Shown: positions 52,001-63,132 of the stretch, piece after piece
Position numbering within the stretch: the stretch's first letter is position 1
Layout of the letters: each line of letters starts with the position of its first letter
Made by a program: the position numbers and the translations under genes
From: Raillietiella orientalis
Taxonomy: Eukaryota
Direction: 5' to 3'
DNA: 64,000 nt
Assembly (NCBI GenBank): GCA_036172245.1
Contig: JAYWIR010000074.1
Coordinates: 310,001-374,000, forward strand
The notes under the pieces: model-generated
Seen by the model: only the letters and a program-made list of their open reading frames with translations
Database searches by the model: none
Told to the model about the DNA's origin: nothing

Positions 52001-53752
52001 ATGGCAGTTGTGCCAGAGGACACCGCGATGGATGTAGTTGTGGGGGAGGCAAGTCCTCCCACAAGACCTACAGCTATGGGGGCAATAGTCCCTGGAACGT
52101 CTTCGCAGCCGGCGAAGACTTGGAGTGAAATGGTCGCCGCCCCCAGTGCGGAGGCCATGGCCGAGGAAGCCGCCTATCGGGCCTCTGAATACAAGCCATC
52201 GCTTGTATACAAGGTAGGCCCTTTGTTTGAAGGAAACACGGCGCGCTCTTTCAGCAGAGCGCTTCAAAATGCTAATGTCCGTGAGGAAGATCTGGAAGGT
52301 CTGTGCGTGCTCAGCGGGGCGCAGCGGGTTGAGCTGGTGTGCAAGAGCATCAGCCTAGCCGATCGCCTTATAAATACCCCGCTGATCATGGACGGCCGAA
52401 AGATCTTCCCGGTGTCAATGGACCACTCGGTTGTGGTCCACTTGACAGGAATATCCAAGCGCATGACGCGCACTGCAGTGAAGGACGAATTAAGCAAGTA
52501 CGGGGACGTACACGCGCTGTGGCCGAAGCCCACAATCTTTGAGGGCTACGGACGCCACTTCGGGGGCCTCGCCGCGGCACGTGTAACCCCAAAAGACGAA
52601 GCGAAGCTACCCCACAAACTTGAGGTCGCGGGAGAACCGGTAGACCTCTGGTATGCGGGCAAGCCACGGTATTGCGGCTACTGCGATGCGGTCGGACACA
52701 TCCGAAAGAGGTGCCCAAACATCGTATGCTACTTGTGCGGGGAGAAGGGACACGTCCGTCGCGTGTGCCCTAAACGTCCCACCCCGATTCCCTCGGCCGC
52801 CAAAAAGGCGCAAGGGAAACGCGCGGGGAAAGAAAAATTGCAGAACCGTGAAACTGGCCGAGATAAGCTGCCAATAACCCAAGCTCCCAGCGCGGCATCG
52901 GAGAAAAATCTTCCCGAGACCGCAGAGAGAGAACAGGGCTGGCAGCTAGTCAAAGCCAAAAAAGAGAAAAAGGACAAGCATGTCCCGAAGAAAGGAGAGA
53001 AGGCGGCGGCAGGAACAAAAGCTAAATCCGTGTCGCGCGTAAAAACTCTCCGAGAATGCACGGTTACGCTGGAGCGCATTGACGTTCCCGCCGACACCAC
53101 CGCAGGCGATACGGCTTCGATCGATTTTCACGCCGCGACAAATGCGCGCGAAAACCCACCCCCTGCTTGCGAAGAGGGTCAGCCGGACGACAAAAGCGCC
53201 GAAACGGAGGACGCAGCCTTCGAGAAGGCCGCGGAGGAGCTCGCGGCAACGCTTGCCGAACGCGAGAACCCTTCGCGAAAGGGGTTGCATAGGCCGGCAG
53301 CGGCTAAAATGGCCCCCGCAGGTGAGTCGCAACGGGAGGCCGGAAGTGCATCCTCCTCTGCGGAAGCACCACCAAGGAAAGCGGGGCGAAAATCCCAGAA
53401 ACCTCGAAGGTGCATTCCGCCTCCGCGCGAGGGGGATCCAATGGAGGAGGAACCAGTGGATGACAGCGTGGGAGCCCAAGTCGGGCATTACCCACGTGCG
53501 GAAGCCGATGAGAAGGCGACTCCAATGGAGGAGAGTAACCAGGGGTCAGCAATGCCCTCTGAAACCGCCGAACCTGAACCACCCGCACCAATGGATGTGG
53601 GCCAACAGGTACGAACAACACCCCCTTCGCACGGGCAGCCGGAGACGTCGGCACGTAAGAAGGATGGGGAGTTGGTGGGCAAGACGCCAACCCCGTCCAG
53701 CGACCCGCCCCAAAAGGTGGCGGGAGCACCACCGCCAGGTTCCCAGGAATAA
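52001..53752 (+). CDS. E16 ORF1, intact 583-aa gag-like nucleic-acid-binding protein
   Basis: Open frame 51983..53752; ATG 52001 matches the family start MAxxPEDT; CGYCDAVGHIRKRC and CYLCGEKGHVRRVC. Confidence 0.92.
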   Translation: MAVVPEDTAMDVVVGEASPPTRPTAMGAIVPGTSSQPAKTWSEMVAAPSAEAMAEEAAYRASEYKPSLVYKVGPLFEGNTARSFSRALQNANVREEDLEGLCVLSGAQRVELVCKSISLADRLINTPLIMDGRKIFPVSMDHSVVVHLTGISKRMTRTAVKDELSKYGDVHALWPKPTIFEGYGRHFGGLAAARVTPKDEAKLPHKLEVAGEPVDLWYAGKPRYCGYCDAVGHIRKRCPNIVCYLCGEKGHVRRVCPKRPTPIPSAAKKAQGKRAGKEKLQNRETGRDKLPITQAPSAASEKNLPETAEREQGWQLVKAKKEKKDKHVPKKGEKAAAGTKAKSVSRVKTLRECTVTLERIDVPADTTAGDTASIDFHAATNARENPPPACEEGQPDDKSAETEDAAFEKAAEELAATLAERENPSRKGLHRPAAAKMAPAGESQREAGSASSSAEAPPRKAGRKSQKPRRCIPPPREGDPMEEEPVDDSVGAQVGHYPRAEADEKATPMEESNQGSAMPSETAEPEPPAPMDVGQQVRTTPPSHGQPETSARKKDGELVGKTPTPSSDPPQKVAGAPPPGSQE

Positions 53753-54634
53753 CACCTGGACTCGCCTGTCGCCGTCGGATCCGCGCGGCCAGTTGGAATG
53801 TTAACGGGCTGCGCGACGACGGAAACAGACGAGATACAGCCGCCACCTTGCGAGATTTCGACCTGGTGCTTTTGCAGGAGATCCACGTGATCACCGCAAA
53901 AGACGCTCAGGAGATCGAAACGATCGCGGGTGGGCGGTTGTACTGGCGATGCGGCGCCCGCAACACTTGTGGGGTCGCGTTCTTCCTAAAGCCAGCCATT
54001 AACGCGGCCGTGAAGCACGTGCGCTTTGGGGACGACGGACGGATCGGCCAACTGATTCTCAGATGGTCCGATTCGATCGACCTCATCGTCACCAATGTGT
54101 ACGCTCCTAGCGGTAAACAGGGATACCAGCAGCGCAACGCGTTACTGGAAACCTTAAAGCGCGAATGGCTGGTGGACGCGGACGTGCGAAAGGCGCATCT
54201 GATAGCAGGGGATTTCAACGTCCGTCTGCTCTCAGATCAGCCCGGAGCACAGGGGAACGCGATCAACGAGTTGTGCGCCGCCATGCGCGCGCGCAACTTG
54301 TTGACAGAAATAAGCGGGATGGTCAACAGCGTGGACCACGTCTTCCTCGACGAAGACCTGTGCACACGGGTCGGAAAACGAGGGACACTTGGATCGACGC
54401 TGTCGGACCATTCCCGGTTAGTATTCGAGATGCGCCCGCGCGACAAGGGACCGCCATCCAGGGATTGGAGTATGCCAGGGGACTGGACGCGCCTGTCAGG
54501 AGCGAAAGAACATCTTCGCGAATTCCTGCGAGGCGTCACCCTCCAGAGTCTCGCGGATTGGGACCTATTTAAGGACTCGGTCCGGGAGTTCTGCGAACAG
54601 TTCCCAGTGCAACGTCTGCCCCGGGGATACGGCG
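53752..54634 (+). CDS. E16 ORF2 5' half (APE endonuclease), ACA start, interrupted by E17
   Basis: WNVNG, LQEIH, NVYAP, GDFN, VDH, SDH; no stop up to the insertion. Confidence 0.88.
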
Positions 54635-54665
54635 TTATAACCCGGGTACGCCCGGGGCGTTTATT
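54635..54665 (-). terminator. Conserved 3' terminus AATAAA + CCCGGG-CGTA-CCCGGG hairpin, no poly(A); representative copy
   Basis: Variant present at all eleven visible 3' ends. Confidence 0.7.
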
Positions 54666-54839
54666 ATTAAACTTTACATGCGTAGTACAAGGCCCCACCA
54701 CGGCCCTAAGCACAGGACCTGTCGGGAAACCGGGACGCAGCCCGGCGTGGCACTCCCCGACAGCGAAGGGGGATGGGGATAAGACAAAAGGTAAAATAAA
54801 AAGAAACAAACAAAAAGAAGTTGGAGGGCAGGGAAGGGA

Positions 54840-57800
54840 TCACTGCTCGCTGTGGAGAGGGCCCATCCGTCGAACGAAGCCCTCGAGGTCAGTCTCATAT
54901 TCCCCAGTTGGGGCCATCCGGCAGCTCTTCGCAAGAAGCGTTGGGCATATGGGATGACATCCCTCGCGTGTTGACCCACTCCTTCCTTGTTGGTGTCGCT
55001 CCATGCCGCCACGATGCCTCGGACGCAGCACAAGGCTGCAAGGGCTGCGGCTGGCTGCAAAGCGTCCTTCACGAAGAGGGGCCGAAGAACGCCACTAGGG
55101 GAACTGCCCGTTGGGAGACCGAGGATCGTCCCAAACCGTTCCCAAAGGGTACGAAGGGCAGCACAGTTCACAATAAGGTGGGAGAGCGATTCCCGCTCTC
55201 CGCACCTGACACACGCAGGATCCACAACTCCTCTTGTCCAGTGAGAGCGGCGTGCGTTGCAGGGTAAACCCCAATGCAACAACAGCAACGCCGACTCTTT
55301 CCACTTAAGAGGCAGGATCCTGGATTCCTGAAGAAGCGGGGGCCACTTCAGCACATCCATAGGGATGGCCAGCAGCTCGCCCCATCTTCTTAGTCCTCGC
55401 GGCTGGACGCTCGGGGTCGTGGCGTCTGCCAGTTCTCCTGTTGTCCAGCCGCTGATCAACTTTTCGCGTCCCTCGATGCAGCAGGAGACTTGCCACCTTG
55501 GCGTCCGGCTGCTGTGAAGTGCCCTCTTCAGGAAGGGCAGCGCCGTAGCTAGACAGGTCGTCTCTGCCCACGTGCATCTTGCTGGACTCTCCAGGAGATT
55601 CCGCAGCGTGCAGCGGGCGTAGGGGCCGCATCGGAGACGATTCCACGTCTCGTGGCTTGTCTTGTTAACCACTGCCCATGTTCCAATATTTTCCTCCAGC
55701 CAGGCGGGGGAGTTGGCGGGGCAGCAAACCATCCAGCTGTTCTCCTTGGCCAATGTTGCCATGCGCCCGAGCAGTAGGCCGCATCTTCGCATCTTCCGGC
55801 CACGGCTGAGAAGAAAAGACGCGAGTCCATCGCACCGGGACACACGGCTGGCCAGGAGGCGGGCTGGAGTGCACCAAGGGGTGCACCACATCTTCGCTGC
55901 GAGGGCGAGGGTTCGCCACCGCAGCTGCTTCTCCACGCGCTCCAGCGTCAGGAGGCCAAGACCGCCGTCCCGACGCGGAGCGCACAAGTCCTTCAGTGGG
56001 ACTCGGGGCCTCCCCTTGCCCCAAAGGGCGATACGGAGGAGGTCCTTCGTCCTTTTCTTGGATTCCACGGTGGGAGGGCAAACAAAAAGCAAGGGGCGGA
56101 GGATGGGGGCCGCGAAGGCGTTCCAAACCGCGGCCCGTTCCGGCAAGTGAAACTTGCCTTCCAGGAACGGGCCGATCGCCGTCTCGACTTTCTGGAGGGA
56201 GCTGGACCACGCTTCCGCAGGGGAGTAGTCCCCCAACGGCACACCAAGGTACTTGAAGCAACACGCCGTGGGGATCCCCAGACGGACCCAGTCCTGCTGC
56301 CCTGCCCACGCCGCACCTATTGGCACAACCGACGACTTCGCCCTGTTAACATGCAGTCCGGTCCCGCGGCTGAGCAGATCGAAGAAGTCTCCGACCGCCT
56401 TCGCCGGGGTGGACATTGGCAACAAGAGCAGAAGATCGTCGGCGTACGCTGCTACGGCGGGCGTGCCGGGGCACGAGCACGGCAAGGGGGCCAAAGTCAC
56501 CCTGTACGCTCTCAGCACCAACTCAAAGTAGGTGCTAAAGAGCAGGGGGCTGAGGCTATCGCCCTGCCTTATGCCCCGCCGCACCGGCACGCCATACACC
56601 TTCGGTCCACTGAAACAGACGGTAATCATCGCATTCCGCCAGCAAGAGCGCAGGTAGGAAATCAGGGAGGGTGGGAAGCCCATGCGACCCAGGAGCTCCA
56701 AGAGGAGTTCCTGGTCTACACAGTCGAACGCCTTGTGGAGATCGACTGCGAGCGCTAGGGCCCCCTTCCCTGCCCGGGGGTCCCTTCCCAGCCCGGCTGG
56801 CGGCCCCAATGTGGGGTTGCCGACTTTCCCTATCCCTTTCTTCTCTCTTCTCTGCAGGTGCACCCATGTGCTTGCGAAGAAGAGGTTGGGATCCATACTT
56901 CGCCCGGGAACAGCATAAGTCTGCTCCGGGCTAATTACGGATTCTGCCACCTGCCCCAGACGCGAAGCCCATAGCCCTGCTATCAACTTGGCGTCCGTAT
57001 TCACGATTGTGATCGGACGCCAGTTCTTCAAATTCCTGAGGTCTCCCCCTTTCGGAAGGAGCCTCACTCTGGCTGACCGAAACGAGGCGGGAACATCGCC
57101 TTCGTCTCGGATCAGCCTTGTCAGCTGAAGCAGCAGGGGCGCCAGCCCTTCCGCGAAGCTCTGATAGAACTCCGCGGGCAAGCCGTCTTCCCCTGGAGCT
57201 AACCGCCTCTTGAGCCTTTTGATACCGGCGAGAATTTCGCCGGTGGTAAAAGGCTCGTCGAGGCTTTCCATCTCTTCCTCCCCTATTGCCGGGGTGCCAT
57301 CCGGAAGCAAGCGCCGAGAGGCGTTTCGATCCGGGGGCTCCCTGGCGTAAAGGGAGGAATAAAAACTCCGCACGAGATGCCGTACCGACGCCGGGGACGA
57401 ACATTCCCGGCACTGGTCGTCCAGCAAGCTGGCCGACCCGTATTGCCAGGTTTGGCGTTTGGCCCCGGCACGGTACTCGGCCAGGCGACAAACATTAGGG
57501 GTTCTCTCGTACCTACGAGCCTGTAAATAGGCCCGATGGTTGCGAGCACCCTCGCCGAATCCGGGGGGCAGGCGATCCAGGGAAAACTGCTCACAGAACT
57601 CGCGGACCGATTCCTTAAAAAGGTCCCAGTCCTGGAGATTCCGGAGCGTGACGCCTCTAAGGTATTCGCGAAGGTGTTCCTTCGCACCTGAGAGTCGCGT
57701 CCAGTCCCCCGGCAGACGCCAATCCCTGGATGGCGGTCCTTCGTCGCGAGGCCGCATCTCGAAAATTAGCCGGGAATGGTCCGACAACGTCGACACAACC

Positions 57801-58435
57801 CTCCCCCGTTTGCCGACGCGTGAACACAGGTCAGCGTCCAGGAAGACGTGGTCGATGCTGCGGACCATTCCTTTCTCACCCGCGAACAAGTTGCGCGTAC
57901 GCATGGCAGCGCACAACTCGTTCATCGCGTTCACTTGTGTTTCCGGCTCACCTGTTAGCAGGCGGAGATTGAAATCTCCCGCTATCAGGTGCGCCTTTTG
58001 CACATTGGTATCCGCCAGCCAGTCGCGCTTCAGGGTTTCCAGCAGCCTGGTGCGGTCGCGGTAACCCTGTTTGCCGCTGGGGCCATACACGTTTGTGACG
58101 ATTAAGTCGATCGAGTCGGACCAGCTGAGAATCAGCTGACCGATCCGACCGTCGTCATCAAACCGCACGCCCTTTACGGCAGCGTCGATGGCCGGCTTCA
58201 CGAAGAACGCGACCCCGCAGGTGTTGCGGAGGCCGCATCGCCTATACAGCCGACCCCCCGCGATCGTCTCGATTTCCTGGGCGTCTGCCGCGGTGATCAC
58301 GTGGATCTCCTGCAGCAGGGCCAGGTCGAGCTCACGCAGGGTGTCGGCTGTATCTCGCCTGTTGCCGTCGTCGCGCAGCCCGTTGACGTTCCAACAGGCG
58401 GCGCGAATCCGACGGCGACTGGCGAGCCCAGGTGT
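54840..58435 (-). CDS. E17 ORF2 (APE-RT-zf), open except for a frameshift about 20 codons before the natural stop
   Basis: ORF 54674..58300 (1208 aa) extends upstream to ACA at 58435; the family C-terminus DLEGFVRRMGP..* lies in another frame ending at 54840. Confidence 0.9.
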
Positions 58436-60312
58436 TAGTCCAGGGAAAACGGCGATGCGGCGTCCGCCACCTGCTGGGACGGGACGCTAGGTGGAGGAGG
58501 AGGAGGGACAGGTACTGAAGGCACCTTTTCCTCCTCCTCCATCGGTGCCGGCGCGTCGGCCGGATCACCCGCACGTGGAGTCGCGCCTACCTTTTCGCCT
58601 TCCTCCATGGGTTCGGGCTGCTCAGGTTTCGCGACTGCAGGGAGGACTTCACCCCCCTGCTCTCCCTCCTCCATGGGGGTGACCGACTCGACGGCTTCCG
58701 GGCGTGGGTATTCCCCCTCCGGGATTCCCACGCTGCCGCTTCCTTCCGGTTTCTCCTCCTCGCTGGTGGAGGGGAGGCGCCTCCTGGGTTTCTGGGACTT
58801 GCGTCCCGACTTCCTGGGGGATGCCTCCGAGGAGGAGGATCCGCTTCCGGCCCCCAGGTCGCACTCACCTGCGGGGGCCTTCTTCGTCGGAGCCGACCTG
58901 CGTACGCCCTTGCGCGACGGGGTTTCGCGCTCGGCGAGCGTTGCTGCGAGCTCCTCCGCCGCTTTCTCGAAGGCCGCGTCTTCGCCAGGGGCGACCGTTG
59001 CCGCGGGCTGCTCCGCGACCTTATCGAGCGCGGCGTCATCGTTGACGGCGAACGTTGCCGCGGGCTCCTCCGCGACTTTATCGAGCGCGGCGTCCTGGCT
59101 GTCGGCGCGCGAGTCTCGCGTCTCACCCTCTACACGTAGATTGGGCTCGTCCACGCGAGTATTCATCGCGTCCGCATCAGCTGTTCCGCGAACATTGCCG
59201 CGGGCGGACTCGGCAGGAACGGCTAAGCGTTCCAGTGCCACCGAGCATTCGCGGAGCTTTTGTTTTGAAAGCGGCGCGGCTTTTTTCTTCTTGTTGCCGG
59301 CAGTTTTCTTCTCCGAATTTTCTTCTATCATCACCTTCTTTTTTTTCTCTTTTCTGGCCTGAACCAGCTGCCAACCCTCCTCCATTCCCGCGTCCACGGG
59401 AGCTATTTCCTCCGACGTATGTACGGGAGGAAGGGAGGCTGGCAGTTGGGAACGGCCATTTTCGCGAGCTGGTCTTTCTACCAGCTTTCCACGTTTTCCC
59501 TGCGCCTTTTTGGCGGCAGGGGGCCCCGGGGTGGGGCGCTTGGGGCACACGCGCCGAACGTGACCCTTTTCGCCGCATAGGTGGCACACAATGTTCGGGC
59601 ACCTTTTTCGTAGATGCCCTACTGCATTGCAGTAGCCACAAAATTAGCGTTTTCCCACGTACCAGAGGTCCACCGCTTCTTGGCAGACCTCCAGCTTGTG
59701 GGGAAGCGCACCACCCTCTTTCACTGTGATACGCGCCGCAGCTTGAACTCCGAAAAGGCTATTGTAGCCTTGGAAAATCGTGGACTTCGGCCACAACGCG
59801 TGCACTTCTGCGTGCTTTTCTAACTGTTCGCGAACCGCTGACCTTGTCATGCGACTGGGGATCCCAGTGAGGTGGACCACCACCGAGCGCTCCATCTTTA
59901 GAAGCAAGATCTTCCGACCATCAACGATCAGCGGGTCGGTGATCAGGTGTCGGGCCAAGGTGATATCCTTGCATACCACCTCGACCCGCTGCCCGCCGCT
60001 GAGTACGCAGAGGCCGTCGAGATCTTTTTCGAAAATATTGGCGTTCTGCAGCGCCTTCGTAAAGGCGCGTGCAGTTTGCCCATCGAAAAGGTTGCCTACC
60101 TTGTAAACTTGAGAGGATTTATACCCCGCTTTCTTGTAGGCTTCCATCTCGGCCATGGCTTCCACGCTGGGCACGGCCACCATGGCGCTCCATGACCTCG
60201 GTGTCGCCGGGGACGATTCCGGGGCGGATGCCCCTGATCCAGTAGGCTGTGGGGACGAACAAGCCTCCATCATGCCTACTTCCATCGCGGTGTCCTCTGG
60301 CAACGCTGCCAT
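58435..60312 (-). pseudogene. E17 ORF1 with a single in-frame TAA at 59644-59646
   Basis: ORFs 59644..60336 and 58435..59589 share a frame; two CCHC knuckles follow the stop. Confidence 0.88.
58925..59095 (-). repeat. 57-bp (19-aa) tandem triplication in E17 ORF1
   Basis: DAALDKVAEEPAATFAVND / DAALDKVAEQPAATVAPGE / DAAFEKAAEELAATLAERE; single copy in E16. Confidence 0.85.
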
Positions 60313-60411
60313 CGGACACCGACGATGTGCACGCACAAATCACTAAAGAAGAAAAAACACTCGCTTTGCCACGCAGGCGGAGCGCAGGAAAAGCACGTCC
60401 GCTCTCCACAG

Positions 60412-63132
60412 CGGGGTTTCGGCGAAGGGGCTCGCAACGAACGCGCGTATTTGCACGCGCGTCGTCACGAGAGGAACCCCAATGTCCGTCGCCTGGCCCA
60501 ATACCGCGCCGGAGCCGAGCGACAAGCCTGGCAATCCGGGTCAGCCAGCATGCTGGATGACCTGGGTCGGGAACGTTCGTCAGCGTCTGCGGTACGGAAT
60601 CTCGTGCGGTGTTTTTATTCCTCCCTTTACGCCAAAACGCCACCCGAACAAGACGCCTCGCGGCGATTGCTCATGAGTGGTTCCGTGGCGATAGGGGAGG
60701 AGAAGAGAGAAAGCCTCGATGAGCCTTTCACGACCGGTGAAATTCTCGCCAATATCAAAAGGCTCAAGAGGCGTAAGGCGCCAGGGGAGGACGGCTTGCC
60801 CGCGGAGTTCTTTCAGAGTTTCGCGGACGAGCTGGCGCCCCTGGTGCTCGAGTTAACAAGGCGAATCCGAGACGAAGGCGATGTTCCCGCCTCGTTTCGG
60901 TCAGCCAGGGTGAGGCTCCTCCCGAAGGGAGGAGACCTCAGGAAACTTTGCAACTGGCGTCCGATCACGATTGTGAACACGGACGCCAAGTTGATTGCCG
61001 GGCTGTGGGCGTCGCGATTGGGGCAGGTGTCCAATTCCATAATTAGCCCGGAGCAGACAAACGCTGTTCCCGGGCGAAGTATGGAGGACAACCTCTTCTT
61101 CGCGAGCACATGGATGCACGCGCAGCGGAGTAATAAAGAAGGGGAAGGGAAAATTTGCAACCCTACTTTGAAGCCGCCAGTGGGACAGGGTAGGGAACCT
61201 CATGCAGGAAAGGGGGCCTTAGCGATCGCAGTCGACCTCCATAAGGCATTCGACTGTGTTGACCAGGAACTCCTCTTGGAGCTCCTGGGTCGCATGGGCT
61301 TCCCACCCTCCTTGATTTCTTACCTGCGCTCTTGCTGGCGGAACGCGATAATCTCAATTACTTTCAGTGGACAAAAGGTGTATGGCGTGCCGGTGCGACG
61401 GGGCATAAGGCAGGGCGACAGCCTCAGCCCCCTCCTTTTTAGCACCTACGCTGATTTGGTGCTGAGAGCGTACAGGGTGACTTTGGCACCCTTGCCGAGC
61501 TCGTGCCCCGGCACGCCAGCCGTAGCGGCGTATGCCGACGATCTTCTGCTCCTCTTACCTATGTCCACCCCGGCGAAGGCGGTCGGAGATTTCTCCGACC
61601 TGCTTAGCCGTGGGGCCGGATTACAGGTTAACAGGGCGAAGTCGTCAGTGTTGCCAGTTGGAGCGACGTGGGCAGGGCAGCAGGACTGGGTCCGTCTGGG
61701 GATCCCCACGGTGAGGTGCATCAAGTACCTCGGTGTGCCGTTGGGGGACTTCTCCCCTGCGGAAGCGTGGTCCAGCTGCCTCCAAAAAGTCGAGACGGCG
61801 ATCGGCCCGTTCCTGGAAGGCAAGTTTCACTTGCCGGAACGGGCCGCGGTTTGGAACGCCTTCGCGGCCCCCATACTCCGCCCCTTGCTTTTTGTTTGCC
61901 CCGCCCCCGTGGAATCGAAAAAGCGGACGAAGGACCTCCTCCGCATCGCTCTTTGGGGCAAGGGGAGGCCCCGAGTCCCTTTGAAGGACTTGTGCGCTCC
62001 GCGTCGGGACGGCGGTCTCAGCATCCTGACGCTGGAGCGCGTGGAAATCCAGCTGCGATGGCGGACCCTCGCCACCGCAGCGAAGATGTGGAGCACCGCT
62101 TGGTGCATTCCGGCCCGTCTCCTGGCCAGGCGTATGTCCCGCTGCGAAGGACTCGCATCGTTTCTTCTGTGCCCTGGCCGGAAGATTCGAAGATGCGGTC
62201 TACTGCTCGGCCTCATGGCAACCCTGGCAAAGGAGAACGACTGGATGGTTTGTGGCCCTGCCAACTCCTCCGCTTGGCTGGAAGAGACTGCTGGCACCTG
62301 GGCCAAGCTGAACCAGAGGTGCGAAGACCAGATGAACTGCCTGCGAGTCGGCATTTACGCCCGCCGAACTCTCCGTGAAATACTTGAATTTCCACCGAGT
62401 TGCACGTGGGCGGAAGGCACACCCCTTGTTACGGCGATGCCCTTTCTCCAAAGGGCGCTTCACGAAAGCCGGAAGCCAAGGTGGCAAGTCTGCTGCCGTA
62501 TCGCGGGCAGAGAGAAGACGATGAGCGGCTGGACCATGGGAGAGTTGACAGATGCAACGACCCCTAGTATCCAGCCGCGTGGATTAAGAAGATGGGGCGA
62601 GCTGCTCGGCATTCGATTGGATGACCTGAAGTGGCCCCCGGTTCTACTTGGATCCAGGATTCTTCCCCTGAAGTGGCAAGAATCGGCGCTTCTGTGGCTG
62701 CATTGGGGTCTACCCTGCAACGCGCGCCGCTTCCACTGGACGCGGGGAAGAGTAAATCCTGCGTGTGCCAGGTGTGGGGAACGCGAGTCGCTCCCCCACC
62801 TCTTAGTTAAATGCCCTGCCGTCCGGATTCTTTGGGAACGTCTTCAAACGGCACTTGGGATACCGGATGCAGGCAATGGTGAATGTATCTTCAGTCTTGT
62901 CTTCGTGCGGGACGCCCTCAGTCCAGCTGCAGCCCTGGCAGCACTTTGCTGCATTCGTGGTATAGTGGCGGCCTGGACTGATGCCGAAGATGAAGACTGC
63001 ATCGTGAGGAATGTCATCGAGTATGCTTCTCGCTTCCTGCAGAGAGCTACCCGATGGACCCATCTAGGAAGGATGAAAAAGGAACAAGAAGGCATCCTGC
63101 AAAGGATGGGCCCTCCCAGCAGTTTTCTGTGA
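60412..63132 (+). CDS. E16 ORF2 3' half (RT and C-terminal zinc finger), open frame
   Basis: ORF 60325..63132 resumes at RGFGEGARNE; DLHKAFD, QGDSLSPLLF, YADD, KYLG, CARCGERESLPHLLVKC. Confidence 0.92.
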   Translation, partial: RGFGEGARNERAYLHARRHERNPNVRRLAQYRAGAERQAWQSGSASMLDDLGRERSSASAVRNLVRCFYSSLYAKTPPEQDASRRLLMSGSVAIGEEKRESLDEPFTTGEILANIKRLKRRKAPGEDGLPAEFFQSFADELAPLVLELTRRIRDEGDVPASFRSARVRLLPKGGDLRKLCNWRPITIVNTDAKLIAGLWASRLGQVSNSIISPEQTNAVPGRSMEDNLFFASTWMHAQRSNKEGEGKICNPTLKPPVGQGREPHAGKGALAIAVDLHKAFDCVDQELLLELLGRMGFPPSLISYLRSCWRNAIISITFSGQKVYGVPVRRGIRQGDSLSPLLFSTYADLVLRAYRVTLAPLPSSCPGTPAVAAYADDLLLLLPMSTPAKAVGDFSDLLSRGAGLQVNRAKSSVLPVGATWAGQQDWVRLGIPTVRCIKYLGVPLGDFSPAEAWSSCLQKVETAIGPFLEGKFHLPERAAVWNAFAAPILRPLLFVCPAPVESKKRTKDLLRIALWGKGRPRVPLKDLCAPRRDGGLSILTLERVEIQLRWRTLATAAKMWSTAWCIPARLLARRMSRCEGLASFLLCPGRKIRRCGLLLGLMATLAKENDWMVCGPANSSAWLEETAGTWAKLNQRCEDQMNCLRVGIYARRTLREILEFPPSCTWAEGTPLVTAMPFLQRALHESRKPRWQVCCRIAGREKTMSGWTMGELTDATTPSIQPRGLRRWGELLGIRLDDLKWPPVLLGSRILPLKWQESALLWLHWGLPCNARRFHWTRGRVNPACARCGERESLPHLLVKCPAVRILWERLQTALGIPDAGNGECIFSLVFVRDALSPAAALAALCCIRGIVAAWTDAEDEDCIVRNVIEYASRFLQRATRWTHLGRMKKEQEGILQRMGPPSSFL

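Larger units (their letters stand above)
54635..60411 (-). mobile_element. E17: full-length (5.78 kb) RGFG-targeting element with 13-bp TSD
   Basis: TSD CGGGGATACGGCG (54622-54634) / CGGGGTTTCGGCG (60412-60424); both termini intact. Confidence 0.93.

Noticed and set aside
50684..52267. 527-aa ORF as a novel N-terminally extended RT; likewise the start of ORF 60325..63132 and the tail of 53848..54957
   Set aside because: These are chance read-throughs across insertion junctions into the antisense UTR or ORF1 of the neighbouring element
54674..58300. Prokaryotic RT system (group II intron, retron, DGR)
   Set aside because: The N-terminal APE domain, CCHC ORF1, AATAAA signals and TSDs fit eukaryotic non-LTR elements; no intron, msr/msd or TR/VR features were seen
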